DNA of 64,000 bases from Eledone cirrhosa (GCA_964016885.1 OZ024743.1:219976001-220040000), one strand, 5' to 3'; counted from the stretch's first letter, positions 41,211 to 56,558 are shown. Notes: generated by a model not told the origin, from the sequence alone. Numbers and translations are program-made.

Positions 41211-41399
41211 ATACCCCCCCCCCACACACGCATATAGATATATATGTATATATATATGTCTGATGCTAAGTCATCAGTTTTAATTTGGCTGTCAGCCAAA
41301 TTTGAATGTCTGATTTTATTGAAAGCAAATTGATGTATGTATGTATGTATGTATGTATGTATGTATGTATGTATGTATGTATGTATGTTCTTCTTTTTG

Positions 41400-41694
41400 G
41401 TAAATATCATCTTGGTTAAGAGAGTGGGACTGGCTTTGTGCAGTGCCTTTGCTCACTATAAAAGCTTCACGGCACAGGCATTGCTTTATATCTGGAGATC
41501 TCTCTGCACTTGTCGTCACATGGTACCATGGGCCAAGCACTATGTGTCAATAATTGTCACAAGTGTAGTGTTTGTACCAGAGTTTTCACGTCGCTGGCTG
41601 GACTAAAAAGTCACACTCGTTCAGCGCATCAGTAGGGGTTCTCCAACATGGATATAAAGTATTGGCCGTACTCGAAAACGAGTTGGCAGCCACC
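41400..41694 (+). mobile_element. 3' fragment of a LINE (probably RTE-type) ending in a C2H2 zinc finger, embedded in (TATG)n
   Basis: 41564-41635 encodes CSVCTRVFTSLAGLKSHTRSAHQ*, followed by the small hairpin CTCG-AAAA-CGAG and an (ATGT)n tail. Confidence 0.65.
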
Positions 41695-41789
41695 ATGTAT
41701 GTATGTATGTATGTATGTATGTATGTATGTATGTATGTATGTATGTATGTATGTATGTATGTATGTATGTCCGTACTAGTATGCGCCTG

Positions 41790-42752
41790 TCAATTCGCCT
41801 ATCTATCTAGGCACTCACAGCCCGCTACTAAGCGGAAACGGCAATCAGCGGAGACGCCACTTCGACATTCTATAGGGGATTAGTGGAGGATAAGTGCGAC
41901 GACATTCTCGGGGAAACTCTAGGTATCGAGGAGGATGAACTGACCAGTCTGTTCGGGAGGACTTTCCGTCCAGGGCCTATGGATAACTTCCAGAGGTCTC
42001 TGGACTGACAGTGCTACCGAGGAGCTCTACCAGTTCGAGATAAAATCTACAGGCACGGACGCCCTGGCAGAGGTCCTGCCAAAAGGACCTGTCCAAGATG
42101 CGAGCAGGACATCGAAACCGTTCTGCACGCAATTGTTCAGTGCCCAGGGGTGACCGACCTGTGGAATTATGTCGAACAGCTGCTGTCACGTGTGGGACGC
42201 ATCCAGTTGTCAGCCGAGTCCATCGTGAGGATCACCCCACCGCCTTCATTTAAGAATGAAGGAGAGGCGGTCTTCCTATGTCTGGTGGCTATGGTGAAAG
42301 AGGTAATATGGTGGACGAGGTTAAAAGGACTGAGGGCAAACACCTTTCTCTCCGGACAACAACTCATCCCCTTCTTTAAGTACCACTTCAGAAGGAAGGT
42401 GAGAGTGGAGAGAGAGGTGCTACACCCCAGTAAATTCGCTGAAAGGTGGGTAAATGTGGCGAAAATGGCCCGAGTGAATGGGCCTTCTCTGTATGTAAAC
42501 CTGTAGGTTGAGGAAGATAAACAAAGGGAAGACAGGAACACCTACAAAACGGGTTTCTGGTGTTGAGGGTTGTTCTATCCACGGGGTGTAAAACCACCCT
42601 GCAGTAACGTTCCCCCCTACTGGGGATTTCAATTGTTATTTTATTATATATAGTTTATTGTTATTTATTAATGTTAAAGTTATTTTTATGTAAAACCCCC
42701 GCCGTCACGTCTTGTAATGTCCCATTTTCTACGCCCCTGTGGCAAATAAAGA
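41790..42752 (+). mobile_element. 5'-truncated Tx1/L1-clade LINE (inactive)
   Basis: GALPVRDK...CPRCEQDIETVLHAIVQC (zf-RVT CCHC finger)...KEVIWWTR, stop at 42506. There is an in-frame stop upstream and a 3' UTR with AATAAA at ~42745. Confidence 0.85.
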
Positions 42753-42843
42753 TATCTATCTAGCTAGCTACTTATCTACCTACCTACCTACCTACCTACC
42801 TTCCTACCTACCTACCTTCCTACCTACCTACCTAGCTTCCTAT

Positions 42844-42890
<47 letters not shown>

Positions 42891-43409
42891 ATCTGTCTAT
42901 GTATCTCTCCATCTCTCTATCTATCTTTTATATTATAATGTTGATTCAACTTGGTCATTATATTAGGGGTACAGGAATCTGTGTAATACTCAAACAGTTA
43001 CACGTTAATTCACGTGTTATATTTTCATTTTGATCAAACAACTGACAGCTAATCGCAGAAACAGACGGAGGATCAATCAAATATATCTCTTAAAACATAA
43101 ATATACTCTTGTATACTGTACTTCGTTTTTTACGCTCATAATGTTTGGTTATTTGTAAAATATATATCCATAACAGTTTGTTGCAAGCTGTCAAAAATGG
43201 TAGACAGTGTTTAACTCTGTGACATTGTATACAGTATTATCAAAATACGTATTAAGATTTAGTTTTCCTGATTTATTATTTGAGCGTGATACCAGTTTAA
43301 CTGGCATAAAAACAATAAATATATCATTCTCTTACTCTCTCTTTTACTGTTTCCCCTCTCTCTCTTTTCTCTCTCTTTCTCTCGCTCTCTTTATACACAC
43401 ACACGCACA

Positions 43410-43503
<94 letters not shown>

Positions 43504-43544
43504 CATATACATATACATACACACATACACACACACACACACAC

Positions 43545-43652
<108 letters not shown>

Positions 43653-43676
43653 ATATATATATATGTATGTGTGTAT

Positions 43677-43710
<34 letters not shown>

Positions 43711-43852
43711 ATATGTGTGTATATATACATGTATATATATATATATCGATATGTATATATCACTGTATATATGTATAAATCTCTCACTCACTCACTCTCT
43801 CCTTCTCGTTACAAACACACCCACACCCACACACACCCACACACAAATAGAT

Positions 43853-43924
<72 letters not shown>

Positions 43925-44314
43925 GCATCTATCGGTCCAATAATTCACAGATAAAAAGATAATATACAGATATAGAAACCAAAGTATACACGCAAACATA
44001 CACAAAACAAAAAAGAAACAATCAAACAAAAAACAGTAATAACAACAAAGAAATATTTCACTTATCTGCTTATGCTACACTATACAAAGTCGATTAAATT
44101 GACCCCAGTACATTACTGGGTCGATAAAGTTACTTTAACAATATCCCTTTTTTGCATATCGCTAAATAATAATATATCCTTTTTAATTTAAATACACGGC
44201 CAGAATTTTTTAAGGAGGATTAAAAAGTCAATGGATTCGACATGGGTACTTGATGCAAGACTGGCTCTGTCACGATGAGCTTAAGATATTTGAAAGAAAG
44301 AAAGCTGACGATAC

Positions 44315-45020
44315 ATAATTGTTTCTACTTTTGGCACAAGGCTAACAGCAATTATCCCAGTGCATTACTGGTACTTTATTTTATCGACCCCGTAAGGATG
44401 AAAAGCAAAGTTAACCTCGGCGGGATTTCAACTCAGATCGTAAAGAGACGTAACTACATGCTGCAAAGCATGGCGTCCGACTCTCTACCAATATTCAGAC
44501 GCTGACAATAGATAATGCTTTCAAACGTTATAAGAGTTGACCTCAACGGGATTTGAACTCAGAACGTAAAGAGTCGTAACAAATACCGCAAGTGATTTTG
44601 TCTGACGCTCTAACCATTCTGCCACTCTTGTCAATATCGGTTTCTGATTTAGGCACAAGGCCAACAATTTTGGGCGAGGGTTAAAGTCGATTAAATCGAC
44701 CCCAGTGCGTTATTGGTACTTTATTTTATCGACCCTGTAAGGATGAAAGGCAAAGTTAACCTCGGTGGGATTTGAATTCAGAACGTAAAGAGCTGAAACA
44801 AATACTGCAAGGTATTTTGACCGACGTTCTAACCATTCTGCCACCCTTGTCAATATTGGTTTTTAATTTAGGCACAAGGCCAGCAATTTTGGGCGAGGGG
44901 TAAGTCGATTAAATCAACTCCAGAAAGCAAAGCTAACCTCGGTGGGATTTGAACTCAGAATGTAAAGAGCTGGAACAAACACTGCAAGGCATTTTGACCA
45001 ACGCTCTATTCTTTCTCCTA
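44315..45020 (-). mobile_element. Tandem cluster of four tRNA-SINE copies or partial copies
   Basis: The motif ACCTC..(C/T)GGGATTT(G/C)AA(C/T)TCAGA recurs at ~44415, 44540, 44760 and 44937. Confidence 0.85.
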
Positions 45021-45744
45021 CACTTGTTAATATTAAAAAAGTAAACCAAAAATCTCAAACTGGTAATTTGATTGCTTATTGTATATATTAAACTATATTT
45101 ACTCTCTAAATAGGAACCTATCCATTTGTTTTTGTTGTTTTAATTTACTTTCTTCCGAACTGAATGAGATTGAGAGCTTCTATATACATTTTTAACATTG
45201 TTACAAATAAATACATTGGACTGCCATTGCTCTTAAACACTCAAGTTTATAATTCTATTATTATTATTACAGTATAGTTATGTCAGTATTTCAGTGGAAG
45301 CTGTTTGATATATGTAGCTTTCAGATTTCTCTTGTCTAAAGCGACAATAAAACTATGTTAGAAAGCTTTATTTTTGTGGGAAAATTTTTCGCTTCTTTAG
45401 CGGCTATGTCGGATTTATAACAGAGTATGATGTCCTCAACACGATCCTGAAGATTCATTCAGTTTCACGAGTAGCCATCATGAAAACAAATTGCCAACTA
45501 CTTTGCAATGCTCTCTTTATCCTGTTGACTTTATTGGATGGAGTAGAGGACGACTAATTCTCGTAAAACTCAATTATCCATTCAGGTGCTCCTAACTACC
45601 CACCTTCAAAACTCGTAAGTGAGTGGTATAAACAATTTATGAGCCCGGTGGTCAGTCATATATTTCACATATATATATTTCACATATATATATTTTTGTT
45701 TTTCACCTTCACAAAATCGTTTTTTTTTTGAATGGCTAGCTAGC

Positions 45745-45834
<90 letters not shown>

Positions 45835-47497
45835 GTTTGCTCATAACGAATCGTAAGCTAACTTCGCAGCTTGCTTCATGAAATACAGCTGGTATTTAAT
45901 TGTTTATTTAATGGTTTGATGCAAGACTGGCTCCGTTCCGATGAGCAAGGAGCTTAAGCTATTTAAAAGAAAACAGTATAGGAGGTAAACTGTTATTAAA
46001 ACGTCAAGCTGACAATAGACAATGCTTTCAAACGTTATAAAGCTTAATCTGAAAACCACACTGCTGCTTCTTTCAATAAATAAATGAATAAATAAATAAA
46101 ATACGTTGACTCTTCCCTATGAATAGCAAGCAAACAATCATCTTCGTTTTGTTGTTTTCTCCTTTAAGGGAATGTAAAATTTCGTTCAGAGAATTGTCTT
46201 TATCTACTATAGTTAGAACCAATCTAACAGATTTACTTCACGTAATTTAAAAAGGAAAACAATCAAACAAAAACAAACATATTCTTAATAGATGCAGAAT
46301 TTTATGAATATTTTGATGTTATACATAAAAATAAAGTAAACAGATTTAGTAAAGGACCTGATATGAGGGATCTGCAGTACTTATTGTTAACATAAACACA
46401 AGTGCAGGTTTGTGTTTGGTTAAGTGTTGTATGAACAGTGTAAGTTCATTCTTCATAAAATATTGCTAGTTGATAACATCGAAATAAAATCACTTTCAGA
46501 TAGAAACAACCCTAATTATATTGTCGAAGAAACAGAAAAATACACTTTTGTTTTCCATGTCAGTTTTTCATAAATTTTTTTTTTATTCAGAATAGACTCA
46601 ACGCAAACCCCCACCGTTTTTGTATTTTGCCCTCGTAATATCTCCCTCGTTGTGACCAAAACAATAAATTTTAATTATTATATCTTTCAATAAAGCACCA
46701 GTAATACATTGGCATAATTGCTGGCCTGGTGCCAAAAGTAGAAACAATTATATCTTTCATGTTTCCTGTATTACAACTCTTTACAAGAGGAGGCGAAATT
46801 TGAAATCAGAATGCACGGATCTGGACCTGATCTGGCCAAGCATTCTGTCCGACATTTCAACAATGTTCCCAATCCACCGTTCCTTCAGTGGTATTTTATT
46901 TAATTTATCTACACCCAACACCCAACACACACACACACACAAAGGCAGAAATTGCGCCCGGTGTCATTAGAACTCATAGTGACGAGAGCAGGAACAAATA
47001 CCAAGAATTTAATCCGGCGTTCTTACGGCTCGCCGCAGTAATTTTGTAAGGGATATTAACAAGAAGGGAGAGATATATTATGTAGTAGGTAACTGTTTAC
47101 ATCGCCACATCGAACATAGGAAGATGAAACATTGAACATCATTGATTTATAGGATACATGTTATATGTATATGTTCATATGACAGTATTACGTTTTATGA
47201 ATATAGCAGAAAATGGGGAAAAATAGAGCGTACAAGTGTGTTATGTAGCACACTGCATCTTTGTTTGTATGTATGTATATATATACATATACATATATAT
47301 ATATATATACATATATATACATATATATACATATATATGTATTGGGCTTATATACATATATATAAACCCAAGAACGAAAAACAACTCTTTGGAGGAAACC
47401 CCCCAAAACTACTTTTACACACACATACACACACACACATATATATATATATATACATCTATAAATATATATATATATATACATATATTATATATAC

Positions 47498-47537
<40 letters not shown>

Positions 47538-47589
47538 GGTGCATTTATACGTATATATAGGTGTATTATATATTCATTTTCAACTAAAA

Positions 47590-47730
47590 TGTTCCCAGTA
47601 CTTGTTTAGTAATAAAGTTTCTCGACCCTGGAAGATGAAAGGCAAAGTTGACTTCAATGAGATTTGAACTCAGAACCTAAAGTGATGTAACTAAATTGCA
47701 TATTTTGTCCTTGGTCTGCTAATTCTACCT
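47590..47730 (-). mobile_element. Degenerate tRNA-SINE
   Basis: TCGACCCTGGAAGATGAAAGGCAAAGTTGAC...GATTTGAACTCAGAAC. Confidence 0.75.
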
Positions 47731-48669
47731 TACACAATGATAATACATTTACTACTCATGAACCAACTCATTTCTACGTTGTAGAAATGGCAATAAAATT
47801 CCATCAAACTGCATCCTCCAACCATAAACCTTTTGATACAAAACAGCCGAAAAATTGCTCCTGGTTCTACGATACAAAGCTGTTTGTTTTAAAGGGTTTA
47901 TATTTAACTAAATATATCCAACCCTAATTTTATTTAAGAACCTTTGTTAAGTTATGTTTCAAACACCAAATAAATAAGTTAGTCATATTACTAAATCCCT
48001 CCAAATTCTTGATTATTTTCAAAATTATTTGAAAATCAAGGGCAGTGTCTTTCATGATAAATCTTACAACGAAAAGGTTAAATAAAAGGGAAGAATAATA
48101 ATCTTCGATATACAAGAGACAGGACATTCATGGTTAGAACGCCTTTAATCAATGTTTGCTCAATCAGAGCTTTACTGAGATCAATAACAATAACAGAAAC
48201 AGCAATAATTAACTACCGTTTTTTATGTCATTTCTTTTGCATCAGTTCGTTTCTTTTCATTATACAAGGTGACCACAAAAACACTGCTTGATTTTAAATA
48301 CTTATAATATGAAAACTTAAATGAATATCCTTACAATATTGGTAGCTACAGTTGCATAAACTAACAAAGTTTCATGTGGTATTGGTTGATATCATAGACA
48401 AATGTGTGCCCCTTTTGTTATTCGGAAAACATCAATGCGATACTCAAGATGAGTCCAGACTCTTCGCAGCATATCCGTATTTGAAATCAAGGAGTATTTT
48501 TGTCGTCACCTTGTATTTTAGCCACATCTAAGAAACTATCAAGATGGCGCGTCATTAGGACCCCGGATTAAAAATGCCTCGGTATTTCTTTTGTTCCCTC
48601 CACTCTATGTTCAAATCCCACCACGATCTACTTTGCGTTTCATCATCTCAGAATAAATAAATATAATTA

Positions 48670-48810
48670 TTCATACTTTTGGCACAAGGCCAGCAATTAT
48701 CCCAGTGTATTACTGGTACTTTATTTTATCGACCTCATAAGGATGAAAGGCAAAGTTAAGCTCGGCTGGATTTGAACCCATACCGTAAAGGGGAGTAACT
48801 CTATGCTGCA
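48670..48810 (-). mobile_element. tRNA-SINE
   Basis: GGCACAAGGCCAGCAATTATCCCAGTG...GGATGAAAGGCAAAG...GGATTTGAACCC. Confidence 0.8.
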
Positions 48811-49085
48811 CCAGTTACGGCCGTCGATTCTTCTATCTCATTTCATCATTTGTTCTCTCTTTATTTCTTTCTCAAGAAGAAATCGGCTGAGTTCAACCCA
48901 GGAGAGGGATAAAATCCGCCAGATTTAAAATACATCAGGACGCTATCCCCACGTCTCTATCAGAAGTTATTGGCCCTTTAAACCACATCTGGTAGACTAT
49001 CGGATTTTATGCACTTTATTAGGGGAGAATTTTCTGGTCTTTGTGTCATGAGTTTTGAAGGTGTTGTTCTTGTGGTTGTTGTTGA

Positions 49086-49143
<58 letters not shown>

Positions 49144-49419
49144 GCTGCTGCTGCTGTTCATAATAATGGTGTTAGATACTGATTGCTGTAAAGATAAGTG
49201 ATGTGATCGTGTTTATTGATCTTTACTTTAAAGTACTGCTGCTGCTGTTGTTGTTGCTGCCGACAAAACTCATAAAATCCTTGTGTGCTCTCACATATAT
49301 ACAGATAGGTGTAGGTATGAATCAAAGAATATAGTAGTAGTTTACACCACAGGGTGGAAACCATGTGAGCGGAAGTATGTTTTATGGAGAAGCTACCATT
49401 AGGTATGGTATGGCGTGGT

Positions 49420-49462
<43 letters not shown>

Positions 49463-49534
49463 CATATATATATACATATATATATGTATATATATATGTA
49501 TATATACATATATGTATATATATATATATAAATA

Positions 49535-49591
<57 letters not shown>

Positions 49592-49596
49592 AACTA

Positions 49597-49632
<36 letters not shown>

Positions 49633-49670
49633 AATATATATGCACACACACACACACATATATATGTATG

Positions 49671-49721
<51 letters not shown>

Positions 49722-49731
49722 AAATATATAT

Positions 49732-49771
<40 letters not shown>

Positions 49772-49798
49772 GTCTGTATATATATATATATATATGTA

Positions 49799-49871
<73 letters not shown>

Positions 49872-50454
49872 TTCTTCCATGTGCTGTTCCGTTTGTTTCG
49901 TTATTTTGGTTATTTCTGTTTACCTCATATATACTCACACCTTATCCACACTGCTAATGACTCCGGGAAATGTTATACCTCCAGTTTAAAAAGAAACCCA
50001 CACAAAAATAACCAATATCTTTTCAGTGTGTCTGAACTAAATAGTGATAAACGTTTAAAAGTATGTAAACGCCACAAGCCTTTAAGGCCATTTCCCCCAG
50101 CTAAAGCCATGACTATCCTTGTGGGTCGGATGACAGCCTTCATAATTATTATGGGGTCCTTTTTGAAGCAATGTTTTATGGCTGGATGCCCTTTACTTCC
50201 ACTTTAGTCACCTTATGTAACATGCAGGAATACTGTGTTTCTATTCGAAACCAGATTACATACAGCTAAACACATGTAAATAACATATAAAATATTTTCT
50301 AAGCACGTTTGTTGAAGCCTGGTCTTATTACATTAAGCAGATAAAAGAGGAATATCCTACAGTAGGAGACATTTGTTATCTCGGGAAATCTTTCCTGATT
50401 TTCCGGACAGTTCCATCAACTGAAACATTATGTGCATGGATAGGTATGTATGTA

Positions 50455-50735
50455 GGTGCGTGACCTAATGTCTGAGTGCTGGACTTACGATTATAATATC
50501 GTGGGTTCGATTTCTCAACCGGGTGGCACGTTATGTTCTACAGCAAAACGCCTCATTTCTAGATGCTCCAATCAACTTAGTCAAAAATGAGTACAAGCAG
50601 CGACGGGATTAAATCTGCGATGAACAGGCGCCCTGTCTAGAGGGGAGTCATTTGCTCTTAATTGCTTAATGCTAATGGAGCCAGGTTAAACTCCGGCTCA
50701 ATGACCCCCTTGATCTAGGGACAGATTTTAACTTT
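50455..50735 (+). mobile_element. tRNA-derived SINE of a second family (CORE/V-domain-like), degenerate
   Basis: B-box-like GGTTCGATT; colinear similarity to 53047-53310 (GGACTTACGAT.ATAATATCGT, AAAATGAGTAC, TGCGATG..C.GGC..CCTGT..AG.GGGG). Confidence 0.7.
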
Positions 50736-51057
50736 AAAAAAAGTCTATTATGTATTGATGTATAATTCTGTTCCACGGGACACCCAGTACATATTTTAAC
50801 TCTTTCGTTACCATATTTCTAATGAAAGGCACTGCCGATGATTTTCAAATAATTTGAAAATAGTCAAGAATTTGGAAGGATTTAGAAACTAACTTTCATA
50901 TTATTAAGCTGGTGTTTGGAGCATAACTTAACAAAGGTTCTTATATAAAATTACAATGGGAAACATTTAGATAAACATTTAGATAAACATAAACATTTTA
51001 AAACAAACGGCCTTGTATCATAGATCAGGGGGCAGTTTCAGGTAGTTTGGTGTCATA

Positions 51058-51257
51058 NNNNNNNNNNNNNNNNNNNNNNNNNNNNNNNNNNNNNNNNNNN
51101 NNNNNNNNNNNNNNNNNNNNNNNNNNNNNNNNNNNNNNNNNNNNNNNNNNNNNNNNNNNNNNNNNNNNNNNNNNNNNNNNNNNNNNNNNNNNNNNNNNNN
51201 NNNNNNNNNNNNNNNNNNNNNNNNNNNNNNNNNNNNNNNNNNNNNNNNNNNNNNNNN
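51058..51257. other. Assembly gap (200 N)
   Basis: Run of exactly 200 N, typical of a scaffolding join of unknown size. Confidence 0.99.
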
Positions 51258-51430
51258 ACCCAGGAGTAGACTCCGAGTAAGATGGTTGGATTACATCTAT
51301 GAGTTGGTCTCGCTTGAGGATCCAGCCGGATCAGTTGGAGGCGGTTGCTTGTGACAGGACCCGCTGGAAGAAGTGTTTGAGGACTCTTCCCCCACCACCC
51401 TCTCAGGAATAAGTGGACGAAGAAGAAGAA
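51258..51430 (+). mobile_element. 3' end of an RTE-type LINE abutting the gap
   Basis: RSRLRVRWLDYI and DRTRWKKCL..LPPPP-like translation, followed by a short (GAA)n tail. Confidence 0.65.
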
Positions 51431-52499
51431 TATTATTTTTACTAGTGGACAGATCATTGTGAACATTTAGAGTAAATACTTCAATTTCTAATATGATACA
51501 GTCATAATTTGTTTTGTACCTTTCAAGAACGACTTACTAATGCAGTTTGATGTGGTACAGGACATTAAGAGCTATTAATCCATGGAATATGAAAATCTAG
51601 TGTCATTAGCTGATATACAAACGTTCAGGAAGGAGAGACATTTCGTTTGATGAATTTATATCCTATCAATATAGCTTTCCGCTGAAGCTATAATAACTAG
51701 ATGATGGCTTTCGCTGTATTAAACCTGAAAAGTGGTTATAACATCGTGATCGTCATCGTCGTTGGCATCGTCATCGCCATCATCATCATTGTTAGCATCA
51801 ACATCATCCCTACAGTCATTTTAATCATTTTCATCATTGTCGTCGTCGTTATCGTCATCATCACTACTAGCACTCCACCATCACCATACATCACCTCCAC
51901 CACCACCACCACCTCCACCACCACCACCACCACCACCAGTGCAAAATCTACTACCGAGGCTGATGAAATAAGTACCGGTCAAGAATTGGAGGTAGATATC
52001 CCTCTTAAGCCTTTTGATACCAACCCACCTAAAACTGCCCCAATTCAATGATGATAAACCTCTTGTTTTAAAGTACTTAAATACAAAATGATGCTATGGA
52101 AGAATATTTTTGTCAAGCTATGTACTAAACACTAGCTTAATACCATACTTAGATATTTTACTAAGTTTCTTCAAATTGTTGACTATTTATAAAAAATCAA
52201 TGAAAACCATATGTGGTGCAGTTCATCAGAATTATAGTATGAAAAGGGTTGATATAGAGGGTGAGCCGATCGTCCGATCGGACCAAGGAAACAATGTTTC
52301 CATTGGTCTTTCCATTGTTGATACATTCTGCCGGTCGCAACTCCTGTCAGAAGGAGCAACATGAAATGAAAGGAAGTATTTTGCTCAAAAACACAACCGA
52401 TTTTAATGGGTTTCAATTTAAATGAAATCTTTCTAACATAACTTGATATAAGAACCTTTTGTTATGTGTTGCTACAAATATCATCTTATATTATAACGG

Positions 52500-52680
52500 T
52501 GTCAAATTTAGGTACAAAATATCGATCCCTATACTTGACTGGTTCTTTATTTTATCGACCACACAAGGATCAAAGACAAATATTACCTTAGTGGGAATTG
52601 AATTCAGAACGTTTAGAGCCGAAAAAAATACTGTTAAGCACTTGTCAGACACTCTAACACCTCTTGTCAACCATACCACC
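52500..52680 (-). mobile_element. Degenerate tRNA-SINE
   Basis: CTGGTTCTTTATTTTATCGACC...GGGAATTGAATTCAGAACG. Confidence 0.7.
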
Positions 52681-53046
52681 CTTACCAGCTTAATATAATA
52701 ATTAACTATTTTAGTAAGTCTTGCCAAATTCTCCATTAAATAATGTAAAATACTGTGTGGATCATTAGGAATATGGTCACGAATGGGTTAAATATACACA
52801 ATCCTTCTCTTAGTCTTTAATTTGTGGTTTTATAGTAGTAACTGCTGCAAATATAAATCAGGATATGTTTGTGTACATGCAATTAGGTACACAGAGATAT
52901 ACAGTTATGTTGTCTAGGGTATGTTACTGTACTGAAGATTCTGTTAAATTGTTGGGGGATCAGGTTCAGTTCGGACTTTCAGCTGCACTAGCTAATCTTC
53001 GATCAAGCAAATCTATTATCAAAGTGTTCTAGTTATGGTTATAGTG

Positions 53047-53310
53047 GAGGCACATGGCCTAGTGGTATGAGTGTTGGACTTACGATCATAATATCGTAGA
53101 TTCAATCTTTGGGCTGAGTTGCGTGTTGTGTTCTTGAGCAAAACATTTCATTTCACGTTGTTTCAGTATACTCAGCTGAAAATGAGTACCTGCAAGAGAT
53201 GGGGTTTAACCTTGCGATGGACTGGCTTCCTGTGCAGGGGGGGGGGGGTCTTCTCAACACCGAGATAAGCACCGGCCTAACGGGCCTTCTGGCTTGAGAC
53301 AGACTTTTAG
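53047..53310 (+). mobile_element. tRNA-derived SINE (CORE/V-domain-like)
   Basis: A-box TGGCCTAGTGG, CORE-like TGTGTTCTTGAGCAAAAC and V-like TGCGATGGACTGGC..CCTGT.CAGGGG. Confidence 0.75.
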
Positions 53311-53887
53311 TCATGGCCATGCTATCTTATTTTCAGACAAGTTATACATGAATACATTATCCAATGTATTTTTCTTTATTTAAGATAGCAATTTGAAAAT
53401 AATTTGACTACTATTTCTAGGAGATTGAGCAATCACATAAAGGAACACTCATCGTCGAAATCGGTGGAGGTTCATTTAGGTTGAAGAGAGCACATGAGAG
53501 TAATATAGTGAAGCTTAACTATCAAACAGTATCAAGCAGAATTGATATTTACACTTTATGATCACATTTACAACAAGAGCATGAACTACCAACAACAGCC
53601 ATCAGTGGAAATTTCAGATCGATAACATAAATTATTGATTTACTTCAAACATCATAGAACACACTTCAGAGGAGATGTTTAAAGTAGTCGCTTTTACAGC
53701 AGGTTGAAACTGATAATCGTTTCATTTATTTCACATACAGATTAAGTGTATAGTTATACATGAAATGTCTGTTTTATATAAACCGCCAGTACTTGTATGT
53801 GAGAGTTCATTAGTCCTATAGACTTCAGAGGAGAAGAAAATTTCACTTCTTACATTCATTCATTACTTAAGAGTATTGACAAATTAA

Positions 53888-54050
53888 GGATGGCTTTGTG
53901 GTTAAGGAGTTCGATTCTCAATCACATGGTTTCTAGTTTAGCCTCACTACGCGGCACCTTGGGCAACTGTCTTCTACTATACCTTCGGGTTGAACAATAT
54001 CACAAAACCATGTGAGTAGAATTTGGTAGACACTGCAGAAGTCCACCGTG
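53888..54050 (+). mobile_element. tRNA-derived CORE-like SINE (third family)
   Basis: A-box TGGCTTTGTGGTTAAG; GCACCTTGGGCAACTGTCTTCTACTATA; TGTGAGTAGAATTTGGTAGAC; followed by (CA)n. Confidence 0.7.
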
Positions 54051-54275
54051 AATACACATGCCCGCACACACACATACACACACACAATGTGTATATATCC
54101 ACGTTGAAACGGCGTGAGCTAAGCCGTCGGCACTAACCTTTTCCTATATATACATTATACTTTCCCAAGTAAAGTATCGATTACTTAGCTGAACGTGGTC
54201 TTGCTAGTCTCGACTGGTAACTCCCAATCACTCTCTCTCTCCACTCCTCTCTCTCCCCACTCCTCTCTCTCTCTC

Positions 54276-54366
<91 letters not shown>

Positions 54367-55034
54367 TTATAAATATATATGGATATACGATGGGCTTTCT
54401 TTATCTGAGTCGATAAGGAAAGTACCAATTTAGTGCTGGTTCAGTCCTCTCTCCTTCCATATGTGACATCCTGGAAGTTCCGCAAGGGACAAACGGAAGG
54501 TAAAGAATACGTCTAAGTCTACTTGCGACTGCATGACTACCTGAAAACCGCTTTGCGAAAGAATGGTACACACTACCGAGTCTTCTTCGATTGCCAGTGA
54601 TGGCCATAGTTTATATTTTACGAGAGTGATAAATAGTAAATATAATGAAGTTCCTCACGAAAGTAAAATGAACTCACATCATTTAGATAACCAAAAAGAT
54701 ATCAATCGTGGTTCCCAATTCACCAGGAGCTCAGTTTTAGCTTTATAGTATTCGCCACGCAATTTGTATTACATTTTAATCACGTTTGAACTAAAGCGAT
54801 CTTTCAGTGTTTGCGTTTCATATTAGCGTTATCTGTACAAGTTAAGTGCTGCTTACAAGTTGATGTGTGCCGTCTGTAATAGCTCCTCTAAAGAGTATGT
54901 TTAGCTATTTAAATATTGTATTGGAAATGTCTCTTCTCTAAATATATATATATATATGTCTAACATTGTTTATATAACAAATTGGCTGCGTCTAAACGAC
55001 AACCACAAGTAGGTGCTTTCTTTGAGGCGTAATA

Positions 55035-55560
55035 ATGATTTTCGACTATAGGCACAAGGCCAGCATTTTGGGGGAGGGGAAAGTCGATTAAATCGATCCC
55101 AGTGCATTACTGGTGCTTTATTTTATCGACCCGGTAAGGATGAATGGCGATGCTAACCTCGGCGGGATTTGTACTCAGAACGTAAAGGGTCGTAACTCAA
55201 CGCCACAAAGAATGTTGTCCAACGTTTGAGGCGTAATAATAAATGTATAATTTAGATACAAGGTCAACAATTTTGGGGTAATGGGTAAGTCGATTATACC
55301 GACCTCAGTACATTACTGGTACTTTATTTTATCGACCAAAGAAAGATGAAAGGCAAAGTTGATCTCGGCGAGATTCGAAACCAAAATGCAGGGGTTGTTT
55401 ACAAAATACTGCAATCCATTTCTTCCCTCGCACTAATCCCCCGCGCTCATGAACCATAATAATACATTTCCAAACTGTTAAATCATAGTAACAGTCTATC
55501 TATCACTACTAATTGTTTCTACTTTTGGCACAGTACATTACTGGTACTTTATTTTATCGA
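55035..55560 (-). mobile_element. Cluster of two SINE copies plus a fragment
   Basis: The family core TTTATTTTATCGA recurs at ~55118, 55323 and 55548, with GGCGGGATTTG / GGCGAGATTCG heads. Confidence 0.85.
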
Positions 55561-55724
55561 ATGTTAACCAGAGTTATTAACTGTTCAGATTATGGTTAGA
55601 GTTGATATCAAATTTGACATCAGGGTTCAACGTCACGTATTTGCATGATCTTTTTCTATAAATCTACACGAGTAATAAATAAATAGGTGGAACATGTGTG
55701 TGTGCCTGCGTGTGTGCGTGTGCC

Positions 55725-55846
<122 letters not shown>

Positions 55847-56255
55847 CTGGTTTTATAATTTCACAAATTTTTACCAATAGAGAGAGAGAGTCGGTTTCTA
55901 ACATAGATACAAGACTCTCTCATTGGAATTTACTGGAAAGGATGAAAGGCAAAGTTGACGATGTCGGCGGATTATGTAACCACAGAGCACAAAGCGCCAG
56001 AACGAATACCGCAAAACATTCTATTCGACCTTCTTACGACTCTTTCAATTCACCGCCTTACATGTGCGTGAGTGTATGTATGCGTGTGTGTATGCATGTG
56101 TATGTGTGTATGTGTGTGTGTATGTATGTGTGTATGTGTATGTGTGTGCGATCACCATACGCACACGCTCACATATATTCTTAGAAAACGTAGAAATCTC
56201 AAATGCAGACAATAACTGTAACCATAGTCGATTGCTATAAATAATATATATATGT

Positions 56256-56291
<36 letters not shown>

Positions 56292-56421
56292 GGGTCCAGG
56301 TCTGTTTTTATCATTTATTTTGTTTGACCTGTTTAGCTTGATTTGTTTTTTGACTTAGGTGGTTAATGCATTCTTGACCACTTTTTCAGTTTGTATGGCG
56401 TTTTAACATATTGTTTAGCTC

Positions 56422-56558
56422 TGGAGCGCTTGCCAGCATAAATCTGATTTTGCGGTTCGTTTCGCTTTTTCTACCCGCCGAAATGTGATTCTCGCTGAAT
56501 TTCGGCGGGTAGAAAAAGCGAAACGAACCGCAAAATCAGAGTTATGCTGGCAAGCGCT

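Noticed and set aside
52140-52240. Possible minus-strand hammerhead (CTGATGA ... GAAACTTAG..CTAAGTA)
   Set aside because: Stem II does not pair and stem I is not contiguous.
53047-53120. tRNA gene
   Set aside because: The A/B boxes belong to SINE heads, and no cloverleaf can be formed.
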